A stretch of 20,185 nucleotides of DNA from Thermoplasmata archaeon (GTDB taxonomy: Archaea > Thermoplasmatota > Thermoplasmata > GCA-020350865), in contig CP070751.1 of assembly GCA_020348445.1 (NCBI GenBank), forward strand, positions 1,124,934 through 1,145,118. The letters run 5' to 3'. The notes beneath the pieces were generated by a model. It did no database searches and was not told where the DNA came from. It saw only the letters and a program-made list of their open reading frames with translations. The position numbers and the translations under genes are program-made. Position 1 is the stretch's first letter, and each line of letters starts with the position of its first letter. Positions 7,030 to 15,799 of the stretch are shown here, piece after piece.

Positions 7030-7101
7030 TGGGGAATAGCCAAGCTGGTAAGGCATCGGATTTTGATTCCGTGATCCCTGGTTCAAGTCCAGGTTCCCCA
7101 G
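7030..7101 (+). tRNA. tRNA-Gln (anticodon TTG), CCA not encoded
   Basis: Acceptor TGGGGAA/TTCCCCA (U1-A72), discriminator G, D-arm GCC..GGC, anticodon loop TTTTGAT (TTG at 7063-7065), T-loop GTTCAAGTCC. Closely resembles bacterial tRNA-Gln(UUG). Confidence 0.95.
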
Positions 7102-7221
7102 ATATTATCATTTATATAAATCTGTACAATTCTTGTGTGGATAACTTTCAGATTTCTTACTTATTGTGTTCAAGAGTTATACTCGGGGTGAGTTGTAATG
7201 ATTATTTCATGTTGTTCATAT

Positions 7222-7342
7222 TGCGCTCAGGAAGGGCGCACTTTAATCATTAGGCTCAGAGGACGACTCTATAAAACGTTTTACGGAGCCATCCGTTGAA
7301 ATGAATGGTCGTGACGACTCCGAATGTCGTTTTACCGTGACC
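7222..7342 (+). promoter_or_regulatory. Structured leader upstream of the scaffold gene, with two copies of GACGACTC-N7-CGTTTTAC
   Basis: Hairpin 7222-7240; motif copies at 7262-7284 and 7313-7335, each inside a closing stem (GGCTC/GAGCC; GGTCG/TGACC). Confidence 0.55.
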
Positions 7343-7375
7343 GGTTGTTAATAGTCAAAAAAAAAGAGGTTTGAT

Positions 7376-8110
7376 ATGACTGAAGAAGTTCAGGCAGAAG
7401 TAGTACAGGAAAGTGCACCAGCTCAAGATTCAGGTACAGAATCTAGTGTTGGACAGGAGCATATGGTTCCTCAATCTAAAGTTAGACAATTAGTAGGAAC
7501 AGCTAAACAAAAGGGGTATGACCAAGCAGCTGAGGAATTTAGAAGTCAGCAGCAATATGCGCAGCAAGCTCCTCAATACCAGCAAGCGCCACAAGCGCAA
7601 TCTCAGGCTCCAAGCCTAGGTGGTATTGACCAAAAGACGCTTGATTCGTATTTTGACCAAAGACTTAATCAATATCAGCAGCAGCAAGTAGAGCAACAGC
7701 AGCAAGCTTATTTCCAGCAAGAAGCGAATAGAATTTTGCAGGAGATGGGTAATAAAACGAGTGAGGCAAAGTCTCGTTATGAAGATTTTGATCAAACGTT
7801 AGAGTCTGTTGGTGGCTTTCAGTCGGTTCCTGAAGTTTGGCAGTATGCGAATGCGGTAGAGAATGGTGGTGATGTGCTTTACGATCTGGCTAAAAACCCA
7901 GGTAAAGTAGCCACAATTTTACAGCTTGGTTCGCGCGATCCTAATTTAGCTATTTCTGAGATTAAACGCTTGTCGAATTCTATTAAACAGAATCAGACGG
8001 GCGCTAATCAGCAAGTTGCTCCAGAGCCTACCAGACAAATCAAATCTTCAAATGTTGGCGTTGGTGATGGTCCTAAATCGATAGCAGATTTTAAAAAGAT
8101 GTACTATTGA
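7376..8110 (+). CDS. Capsid scaffolding protein (putative)
   Basis: Directly upstream of the coat gene; acidic, Gln-rich, helical; DVLYDLAKNP...AISEIKRLS segment typical of P22-like scaffolds; GAGGT RBS. Confidence 0.8.
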   Translation: MTEEVQAEVVQESAPAQDSGTESSVGQEHMVPQSKVRQLVGTAKQKGYDQAAEEFRSQQQYAQQAPQYQQAPQAQSQAPSLGGIDQKTLDSYFDQRLNQYQQQQVEQQQQAYFQQEANRILQEMGNKTSEAKSRYEDFDQTLESVGGFQSVPEVWQYANAVENGGDVLYDLAKNPGKVATILQLGSRDPNLAISEIKRLSNSIKQNQTGANQQVAPEPTRQIKSSNVGVGDGPKSIADFKKMYY

Positions 8111-8184
8111 TTTAGATAATTAAAGTAAAAGCAGTTTTCCTTTAATAGCCATTGCCCGAACTTAACTTATTTGGAGTTTTAACA

Positions 8185-9411
8185 ATGGCTAGTAATACAC
8201 TAATTGATGTGGCTACTTACCAGATGTCAGGTCTGGCGTTGCTACAAAACATGTACTGTTACATTAATAAAGCGAACACAAAATTTAAAGATTTTGATCG
8301 CATCGTAAATAACCGTGGTGCAAGCGTAACTTTTGACTTGCCTCCTCGTTTTTCTACTGAAGACAGCTTAGTTGCTTCTTTCCAAGATTCTGAACAGCGT
8401 TTAGAAACTTTGACTGTAAATAAAGCTGCAAGCGTAGCTTACGAGTTCACTTCACAAGAAGAGATCTTCAACGTTCATGATTACATGGATCGTTTTGGTC
8501 GTTCTGCAGTTGCTGAGCTTGGTGCTAAAGTTGAAGCTGACGTAGCTGAAGAAAACTTGGTTCCTTACCGCTTCTTCGGTGATGGTACTACTGCAATTGA
8601 CAGCTTTACTCAGCTTTCACGTGCATTGGCTTTCTACCGCACTTATGGCGCACCTTTGACTGATACTCGCGGTGTGTTGTCTGATATCGACGTTCCTGCA
8701 ATCATCGGTTCAGGTCTTGCTCAGTTCGCTCCTAAGCGTAACGACGAGATCGCATACACCTGGATGGTTGGTGATTATGATAAATGTGAATGGTATCGCT
8801 CTAACCTTCTTCCAGTGCACACTGCTGGTAATGTTGGTGAAAACGCTACTACCTTGACTGTTGTATCAATCAACGGTGCTGGTGATCAAATCACTGTTAA
8901 TACCGGCGGTGCTGCTGATGCTGACGCAATCAAAGAAAACGACTTGCTACAATTTAGCGATGGTGTTTCTGGTCAGCCTAACATGCGTTACTTAACCTTC
9001 ATTGGTCACACTGAGTCAGCTAACCCTGTACAGGTTCGCGCTACTGCGGATGCTGCTGCGGATGCTGGTGGCGATGTGGTTATCAGCATTGATCCACCTT
9101 TGGTATCAACTGCTGGCGACAAAGATCAAAACATCAACAACGCTGTTGCGGCTGGTATGGAGTTAACAGCTCTACCAAGCCACAGAGCTGGTTTGATTTA
9201 CGGTGGTGACGCGTTGTACTTAGGTATGCCTCGCTTACCAGAGCAAGAGCCTTTCCCAACTGCAAACGCTGTTGACCCAGATTCTGGTGTTAGTATGCGT
9301 CTGTACTACGGTACTAAGTTTGGTGAAAACCAAAAAGGCTTTGTTAACGATGTCATTTGGGGTAAAACATTAGTTCCTGAATACGGCATGCGTTTGGTAT
9401 TCCCTCTATAA
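8185..9411 (+). CDS. Major capsid protein, P22 coat (gp5)-like (408 aa from ATG 8185)
   Basis: GGAG RBS before 8185. N-terminal MASNTL, GASVTFDLPPRF, SAVAELGAKVEADVA, central insertion domain, C-terminal DVIWGKTLVPEYGMRL. Confidence 0.92.
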   Translation: MASNTLIDVATYQMSGLALLQNMYCYINKANTKFKDFDRIVNNRGASVTFDLPPRFSTEDSLVASFQDSEQRLETLTVNKAASVAYEFTSQEEIFNVHDYMDRFGRSAVAELGAKVEADVAEENLVPYRFFGDGTTAIDSFTQLSRALAFYRTYGAPLTDTRGVLSDIDVPAIIGSGLAQFAPKRNDEIAYTWMVGDYDKCEWYRSNLLPVHTAGNVGENATTLTVVSINGAGDQITVNTGGAADADAIKENDLLQFSDGVSGQPNMRYLTFIGHTESANPVQVRATADAAADAGGDVVISIDPPLVSTAGDKDQNINNAVAAGMELTALPSHRAGLIYGGDALYLGMPRLPEQEPFPTANAVDPDSGVSMRLYYGTKFGENQKGFVNDVIWGKTLVPEYGMRLVFPL

Positions 9412-9422
9412 GGAGTGAGAAT

Positions 9423-10121
9423 ATGATTACGGATGAGTTAATCAGTAATGCATACTATCTGTCTAACGTAGTTAGTCGCGACGAGGAAACTGTAGCAGGT
9501 TCACAGCTCGCGGATGGATTACGTATGCTTAATGATATCTTGTCCGAAAAGTCGATGAGTGGCCGTCATATACCATATTACGGTCACTCAACGCTTAATA
9601 CCGTTCCTGGTCAGGAAGAATACGACGTACAGAATTTGATTGTGACTGATGCAGTCACTTTTAATATCGGTGAAGTGCGTTATTCGATGAGAAGACGGCA
9701 TCGTAAATCTTATTTCGGATCACCTCGTGTTGATAATATTGAATCACTTCCTTACAGCTATCATGCAGAGCGTATATTAGGTGGAACAAGACTTTATCTT
9801 TACTTTCTTCCATCAGATGTTTACCAGGTAAATATTACTGGTAAGTTTGCACTTACAGAATTAGCTGCTGATGATGAGCTTTCTGATACGTTAGATAATT
9901 ATTATGTTAGTTATTTAACTTATAAGTTGGCTTCGCGTTTGAGTGAATTTTATGATTTAACATTTAATCCTCAGAAGCGTCAAACTTTGTTGGAGCTGGA
10001 AGACCAGCTTAATGATATTAGCCCACAAGATCTTTCAGTTAAGAAATTGTCTACGCTGACAAATAAAGCAACTGGCTATAACTGGGCTGATGTAAATATT
10101 GGTAGAGGATGGCGACCTTGA
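9423..10121 (+). CDS. Head-tail adaptor (P22 gp4-like)
   Basis: After coat. N-terminus (ELISNAYYLSNVV...LADGLRMLNDILSE) and C-terminal YKLASRLSEFY pattern resemble gp4-type adaptors. Confidence 0.65.
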   Translation: MITDELISNAYYLSNVVSRDEETVAGSQLADGLRMLNDILSEKSMSGRHIPYYGHSTLNTVPGQEEYDVQNLIVTDAVTFNIGEVRYSMRRRHRKSYFGSPRVDNIESLPYSYHAERILGGTRLYLYFLPSDVYQVNITGKFALTELAADDELSDTLDNYYVSYLTYKLASRLSEFYDLTFNPQKRQTLLELEDQLNDISPQDLSVKKLSTLTNKATGYNWADVNIGRGWRP

Positions 10122-11569
10122 GATCTGAAGGAACATTAACACAAACAGTCCCTTTAGATATTGTAGGTGGTACAAGTTTTGATAGATATAGAAAGCAATC
10201 AATCGAGGCTACTTACAATATGATCATATCGGATGGTGCACTTGTGCCATACGCTGGTTATAAACGTCGTTTGAATATCCTTCCTGGTACTGAAGAAGCT
10301 AGAGGCTTGTATAAGAGCTCTTCATTTAATCACTTATTTGTGGTAATTGAGGACAGCTTGTTTGTTGTTGGTCCAAGCATTAGCGCAAGGCGTGTTGGAT
10401 TTTTGAAAACATCTACAGGCGCTGTATATATTTCTGAAAATAACAGAAGTGAAGTTGCCATTGTCGATGGGCTGACTGTATATATTTATAATTACGATAC
10501 AGATACGTTCAAGACTTTTGATGAAACTAACCCTTTGGTTGTTCCATTCAAACCTATTTATATTACTTATCAAGACACTTATTTTATTGTTGCTGACGGC
10601 AATTCTAACGAATGGTATTTGTCTAATATAAATAGCAGTGGTGATGTTAGCTTTGTTAACCCGCTAAGAGCTGGCGCTATTGAGACTAAGCCAGATGTTA
10701 GCGTGGCTGCTATTGCATTTGAAAGACAGTTGTTTGTCTTTGGAAAGAATACCACTGAAATATGGCATGACGTTGGAACTCAGTTATTTCCTTATCAACG
10801 AGATAATTCAGTAAGTATCGATTATGGGTGTCTAAATGCCCAGACCATCGCTATGGGGTTTGGGCGTTTAGTTTGGCTTGCAGGCAATGAGTCAGCTAGT
10901 CCTACTATCATGGTTTCTAATGGTGGTAATCCACAGCAAATCTCTACTGATGGAATTAACTTTCAGCTTGGCACTTTAACTAAGCCAGAAGATGCTTCTG
11001 CATTTATATTCGAGCAAGACGGCCATGTTTTATATCAGATTACATTTAATACCGATAACGTTACATACATATATGATTTCAACACTAATAAGTTTTTCAA
11101 CGCTACTGATAATTGCGGCAATAAGCATATTGCTAAGGATATTGTTTATTTTCAAAACACGCACTACTTCATAAGCAGTAAAGATGCTGCATTGTATGAG
11201 ATGAGCACAGATTTGGAAACGTATCACGAGTCATTAAAAGAAGGCGAGAAGGATTATGAAATACCTCGCTCAAGAATTACAAAGAATTTTAGATTACCCA
11301 ATGCTGAGTCGTATGCCATTAATGAAATTAGCATCACGATGGAGCAGGGCAATACAACTGAAGATAGGCGTGTTGATATGGCGATGTCTAAGGATGGGGG
11401 CGCATCCTTTGGAAATATATTTGGTAAAAATGTTAGGGCGTTACCTAACCGTGTTAATCGCATGAGATTTCAAAAGCTGGGTTCAGCAAACGACTGTGTG
11501 TTTCAGTTTAGGTTTTGGGGCAAATTTCGATTTGTGGTGATTGGTGCAACGATGAGTTATTGGCGATGA
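10109..11569 (+). CDS. Tail hub / packaged DNA stabilization protein (P22 gp10-like)
   Basis: 486 aa, beta-rich. FVFGKNTTEIW, IDYGCL, LVWL and SKDGGASFG motifs; synteny after the adaptor. Confidence 0.85.
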   Translation: MATLRSEGTLTQTVPLDIVGGTSFDRYRKQSIEATYNMIISDGALVPYAGYKRRLNILPGTEEARGLYKSSSFNHLFVVIEDSLFVVGPSISARRVGFLKTSTGAVYISENNRSEVAIVDGLTVYIYNYDTDTFKTFDETNPLVVPFKPIYITYQDTYFIVADGNSNEWYLSNINSSGDVSFVNPLRAGAIETKPDVSVAAIAFERQLFVFGKNTTEIWHDVGTQLFPYQRDNSVSIDYGCLNAQTIAMGFGRLVWLAGNESASPTIMVSNGGNPQQISTDGINFQLGTLTKPEDASAFIFEQDGHVLYQITFNTDNVTYIYDFNTNKFFNATDNCGNKHIAKDIVYFQNTHYFISSKDAALYEMSTDLETYHESLKEGEKDYEIPRSRITKNFRLPNAESYAINEISITMEQGNTTEDRRVDMAMSKDGGASFGNIFGKNVRALPNRVNRMRFQKLGSANDCVFQFRFWGKFRFVVIGATMSYWR

Positions 11570-11958
11570 CGATACCAAGTTTGCCAAAAGATGGTTTTGC
11601 AGCTCCTAAGGGGGAGCTTAATACAAAGTGGCGTACTTACTTTGAGCACCAACAGGATTATTTGCAAAGGAATTTGTCGCAAGAGGGATATAAATTGCCT
11701 CAGCAGGACCAGACAAATTTAAATACGCTTGCCACAACGGCTAGCACTGGAGCGATGCTTTACAACACGACGACTAAGGGTCCGTATGTGAATGTAGAAG
11801 GCGTGAACAAGAATATGACTACTTTGGAGCAGCTAACTACTGCAGAAATAAGTTCGATACCAAGTGGTCAAAGAAACGGTAGATTCATTCATGACACAAC
11901 CACGGATGAATTGAAAATAGGTTTTAACGATACAATTATGACGGTGACAACGACATGA
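11566..11958 (+). CDS. Small virion protein at the tail-needle (gp26) position (130 aa from ATG 11566)
   Basis: ATGA coupling with the hub gene. Two similar modules: GAMLYNTTTKGPYV and GRFIHDTTTDELKI. Confidence 0.55.
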   Translation: MTIPSLPKDGFAAPKGELNTKWRTYFEHQQDYLQRNLSQEGYKLPQQDQTNLNTLATTASTGAMLYNTTTKGPYVNVEGVNKNMTTLEQLTTAEISSIPSGQRNGRFIHDTTTDELKIGFNDTIMTVTTT

Positions 11959-12641
11959 GAAATCCATACGAAGAAGCCCAAAATATTGGGGCAACACAAC
12001 AGGCTGGTTCAAATTTAACGTCTGAGCTAGGTGGTATTGGTGGTGCATTAGGCGGCTTGCTTGGGGGTATGTTCGGTGGCGGCCAATCACCAATGGATGC
12101 TTACAATCAATATGCTTCTGGTATTCCAGGAACGCTTGAGCAATATTTAAGTCCATATACTCAAATGGGCCAGCAAATGATTCCCCAAATGCAAGGCTTG
12201 TATGGTGGGCTTGTTTCTGACCCTACTAAAGTTATGAGTCAGATTGGCTCACAATATCAGCAAAGCCCAGGCTATCAGTATGAGATGGGTCAAGCTATGA
12301 ACGCTGCTAATCAAGCGGCTGCTGCTGGTGGAATGGCTGGCACCCCTGCTGCGCAACAGCAGGCACAACAAACCGCACAAGGGTTGGCTAGTCAAGATTA
12401 TCAGAACTTCATGAATCAAGGCTTAAATTTATATGGTCAGGGCTTGACTGGCTTGCAAGGTTTAGAAACTCAAGGGTTTCAGGGTGCTCAATCACTTGCA
12501 CAAGCATTGGCGCAAGCTCAACAAGCTCAAGCAATGATGGCGGCAGCTCAGGCTCAGCAAAAGCAAAATGAAAGCAGTGGTTTTCTTGGTGGTATTGGCA
12601 GTATAGCTGGTAGTTTGATTTCTAAAATACCAGGATTATAA
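11955..12641 (+). CDS. DNA ejection/transfer protein 1 (P22 gp7-like)
   Basis: Gly/Gln/Ala-rich; SPGYQYEMGQAMNAANQAAAAGG motif typical of these pilot proteins; hydrophobic Gly-rich termini. Confidence 0.72.
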   Translation: MRNPYEEAQNIGATQQAGSNLTSELGGIGGALGGLLGGMFGGGQSPMDAYNQYASGIPGTLEQYLSPYTQMGQQMIPQMQGLYGGLVSDPTKVMSQIGSQYQQSPGYQYEMGQAMNAANQAAAAGGMAGTPAAQQQAQQTAQGLASQDYQNFMNQGLNLYGQGLTGLQGLETQGFQGAQSLAQALAQAQQAQAMMAAAQAQQKQNESSGFLGGIGSIAGSLISKIPGL

Positions 12642-12655
12642 GAGAAGGTGATGAT

Positions 12656-13903
12656 ATGCAATTATTTGACCCACAAGGTTTAGCATCAGTTATAGCACAG
12701 CAAAATCCGGTGATGGCCGGATTGAAGGGTGCGCAAGCTACTACGCAGACGATGTTTCAGCCTCAACAGCTACAAGCTAAGTTGCAAGCTCAATTGCTTC
12801 AAAACCAAATGAATCAAGCTAAGATGAAGACGCTTCCTGACTTACTCCAGGCTCAGTTGAAGCAGGCACAAGTTCTACCTGGTTTGACAAAAGCTAGGGC
12901 CTCACTTACGGCGCAACAATCTGCAGCTTTTCCAGAGACGCAAAAACAAGCGCAGGCGAGGATTATTAATAATGCAGCCAGAAACATGCTTGGGTATTAC
13001 AGGACTACCGCCGGAATGGCAGACCTATCCCAGAAAGGAAACGAAGATAGGATGGCTGCTTTCTCTAACCTTTTTGATCTTTCTAATAGAATAGCAACAG
13101 GGCAAGATGTTCCTCAAAATGTAAGAGATCAGGCAGTTACGAACGCTCAACACTTAAATGATTATTCATCAGAGGGTGGGGCAGAAACTCAAATACCAAT
13201 GATGACGCCTCAACAGCAAATGGCACAAATGCAAGCTCAACAAAGCGGAGAGCATCCTAACAGTTATAGTCAGCCTACTGTTCAAGCAATGGTTGATGCG
13301 ACTAAAAACGTTAATTTGCGAAAACAATATCCTGATTCACAATTGCAACAAATAAGCCGTGCTGGAACGCTTGAGGATACATTACAAGAAATGGATAAAG
13401 AGGCCCCAGATGCTATGACATTTGCTAGTCTTGCGGGTGCTGCCAATAAAAAGGCAAAACAATTTGCCGCAGCAGGCGGAGGCCAATATGACCAAGCATA
13501 CGAAAATTTCCAAAAGTTTAAGGATCAAGGTGTTATTGCAGCAAATGAATTAAATGCAATGACAAAAGGCGTTCAAACCAAAGAAGAGTCAGCGACCATG
13601 AAGTCTTTGATGAACCCTATTACATGGGAGAACAGTCCAGAGCTTGCTATGCAAAAATATTTGGCAATGCGAAACCTTGCCAGAAAATATGCCGCCCAAG
13701 TTGCGAAACCTGTATTCCAGCAATTACAGCAAGCTAAGCAGCTTGGAGTAACTAGTCCAGTTTCTTTGAAAGTATCACAGCCTGCACAGCCTGCACAGCC
13801 GCAGAATAAAGTAATAGTAGTAAGTCCGGATGGTCAGAGAGGTTATATACCAGCTGGAAGATTAGCTTATTATAAAGGATTGGGCTACAAGGAGGAATCA
13901 TGA
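12656..13903 (+). CDS. DNA ejection protein 2 (gp20 position)
   Basis: Gln/Ala-rich helical protein in the ejection cluster; C-terminal VIVVSPDGQRGYIP...GYKE module. Confidence 0.6.
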   Translation: MQLFDPQGLASVIAQQNPVMAGLKGAQATTQTMFQPQQLQAKLQAQLLQNQMNQAKMKTLPDLLQAQLKQAQVLPGLTKARASLTAQQSAAFPETQKQAQARIINNAARNMLGYYRTTAGMADLSQKGNEDRMAAFSNLFDLSNRIATGQDVPQNVRDQAVTNAQHLNDYSSEGGAETQIPMMTPQQQMAQMQAQQSGEHPNSYSQPTVQAMVDATKNVNLRKQYPDSQLQQISRAGTLEDTLQEMDKEAPDAMTFASLAGAANKKAKQFAAAGGGQYDQAYENFQKFKDQGVIAANELNAMTKGVQTKEESATMKSLMNPITWENSPELAMQKYLAMRNLARKYAAQVAKPVFQQLQQAKQLGVTSPVSLKVSQPAQPAQPQNKVIVVSPDGQRGYIPAGRLAYYKGLGYKEES

Positions 13904-15798
13904 CAAGAATGAATGATACTGCTGATTTTGAGCCTATAACAGCACAAAATTCGGTTTCTGATTTTGAGCCTATTCATAGTCCGTCGCTTCTTCAAAGGGC
14001 TAGCACAATAGCAGGACAAGTAGCCACGCTTCCATATCGAGCTGCTTTGGGCGCTGTGGGTGATATCAGGGAGACAGCAACTGATCCTAAAAAAGCTATT
14101 AAGGACTTGTATCAAGGCGCACGAGCTGAAGCTCAGAACAATCTATTGCCTGCTTTGCAGACTGTAACAAAGACTATGCAGAGTTTGCCAGTTAATCCAC
14201 TTAATCCGCTTGCCTTATTGGAAAGGCACCAACAGCCTATAGATTTTGGGGCCTACACGCCAGACGATCCAGAATCTAATATGACAAAAACTGGTAGCTT
14301 TTTAGCGCAAGCTATTCCTGGTGGTAAAGCAGCAGATTTAACTGAATTTGCTGTAAGAGAAGGGGCTAAATATTTGCCTGAGTTCTTGGGGAAAAAATTG
14401 GCTACTGGTTTGGCTGCAAAAACTGCTTCAGGGGTTACAACGGCTCCAATATTTGGTCAAGATCCAGTCAATAACATATTGGCAAACTTAGCTTTTCATG
14501 GCGCAGCTGGTGCTGGAAAGGTTGCTGGAAATTTTGCTAAAAATATTGCTAGCAAAGCGCTTATACCAGAAGCAGTGACAGGATCACTAAAAGATAGCTA
14601 TGACACAGCTGCTGAATTAAGTAACCAAGACACAGGTAATATTGCTAAAACAGAATATGAGAAACTTGCTGGAAGTTATGACAAAAATAGTCAGGAATAT
14701 ATACCAGGGATTGAGTCAAAATTATGGGACCAGTCAAAATCTAATGCGTCAAATATTGATGCTCAAAATCCAAATATTTTTGATACTACCTATTATAGAA
14801 GAAAATTACTCGATGCTAAAAATGATCTAAATGAAGACTACGGACGTTACCCAGATGCTAAGAGTGCTATTGATGAAGTCATGGGAAACGCCATTAATAA
14901 GACGGTAGGTAAAACTGATATTTATGGCACAAAAAAAGATATAAATAGTCTTTCAGATGCCATTAATGAACGACAATTGAACAACCAAGATTATGCAAAA
15001 GTAAAAACATTGACTAAAGATCCTCAGGTATCAGATATCGCTAGAAGAGAGGCTCATAATAAGATTAGAGATGCATTGGTTGATTCCATGCAAAATACTA
15101 TATCTAAAAATATTGATATTCCTGGTATGAGTCAATTTGCTGATGATTATGCAAATGCAAACGCAATCACTCAATATATTAAGAATACATTTGAAAGCAA
15201 GGTTCCAGCGAGTGGCAAAGGAACCGTTCCAACTAAGTTTATTAATAATTATCATAACTTGCACCCAGATGCAGATATTTCCAACTTCCATGATGAATTT
15301 GTACCAAAGTCTAAAGAAGAAGGGATGGGTAAAATTCTGCGTTTGCAAAGAATGCTTGGTGATAATAAAGAAGAAACACAAAATTTATTGAAAAGACATA
15401 TATTTAAAAATGCAATCGATGGTGATCAGATAAATCCAACTAAAATGTGGAATGCATATAATAAGTTATCAGAAAATCACAAAAATTATATATTCAGCGA
15501 ACCTGAAAAGCAGATGTTCAACATTCTTCAAGATACCAGGAAAATAAAACCATCTGCACTTAGAGCAGCTGGAAAATACACTATGCTCCCATTGGGACTA
15601 GTAAGTGTTTTACATGATGGATTGCATGGCCTTCAGGGTAATGATCTTGGAAATGCAGTCGGCCAAAGAATGTTAATGTCTGAAATTAATAAGAGGATGG
15701 GAAGGGAGCCTCAAGCAGGTATCGCAGCAAGTATGGCTAGCGCATTGGCTAGAGGGGCTTTTCTAAGCCCACCGCAACAAACACAGGGAGGCCAATAA
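13900..15798 (+). CDS. DNA ejection protein 3 (gp16 position)
   Basis: 632 aa, helical, Ala/Gly hydrophobic stretches; AGGAGG RBS; third gene of the cluster before the tailspike. Confidence 0.55.
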   Translation: MTRMNDTADFEPITAQNSVSDFEPIHSPSLLQRASTIAGQVATLPYRAALGAVGDIRETATDPKKAIKDLYQGARAEAQNNLLPALQTVTKTMQSLPVNPLNPLALLERHQQPIDFGAYTPDDPESNMTKTGSFLAQAIPGGKAADLTEFAVREGAKYLPEFLGKKLATGLAAKTASGVTTAPIFGQDPVNNILANLAFHGAAGAGKVAGNFAKNIASKALIPEAVTGSLKDSYDTAAELSNQDTGNIAKTEYEKLAGSYDKNSQEYIPGIESKLWDQSKSNASNIDAQNPNIFDTTYYRRKLLDAKNDLNEDYGRYPDAKSAIDEVMGNAINKTVGKTDIYGTKKDINSLSDAINERQLNNQDYAKVKTLTKDPQVSDIARREAHNKIRDALVDSMQNTISKNIDIPGMSQFADDYANANAITQYIKNTFESKVPASGKGTVPTKFINNYHNLHPDADISNFHDEFVPKSKEEGMGKILRLQRMLGDNKEETQNLLKRHIFKNAIDGDQINPTKMWNAYNKLSENHKNYIFSEPEKQMFNILQDTRKIKPSALRAAGKYTMLPLGLVSVLHDGLHGLQGNDLGNAVGQRMLMSEINKRMGREPQAGIAASMASALARGAFLSPPQQTQGGQ

Positions 15799-15799
15799 C

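Noticed and set aside
7030-7101. tRNA as a prophage attachment site or boundary
   Set aside because: The tRNA is complete, phage morphogenesis genes continue on both sides, and no duplicated 3' end or integrase is in view.
7258-7321. Guanidine-II (mini-ykkC) riboswitch resemblance: two GACGAC words
   Set aside because: The stems needed around ACGA loops are poor, especially in copy 2; spacing is long; the downstream gene is a scaffold, not a guanidine transporter.
7357-7365. Second A9 run
   Set aside because: Non-coding, just upstream of the scaffold RBS; no reading-frame consequence; at most an A-rich translation enhancer.
13776-13801. 9-bp tandem repeat CACAGCCTG containing AGCCTGC like the 366-402 repeats
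   Set aside because: In-frame QPA linker coding repeat with 9-bp period; the similarity is most likely coincidental.
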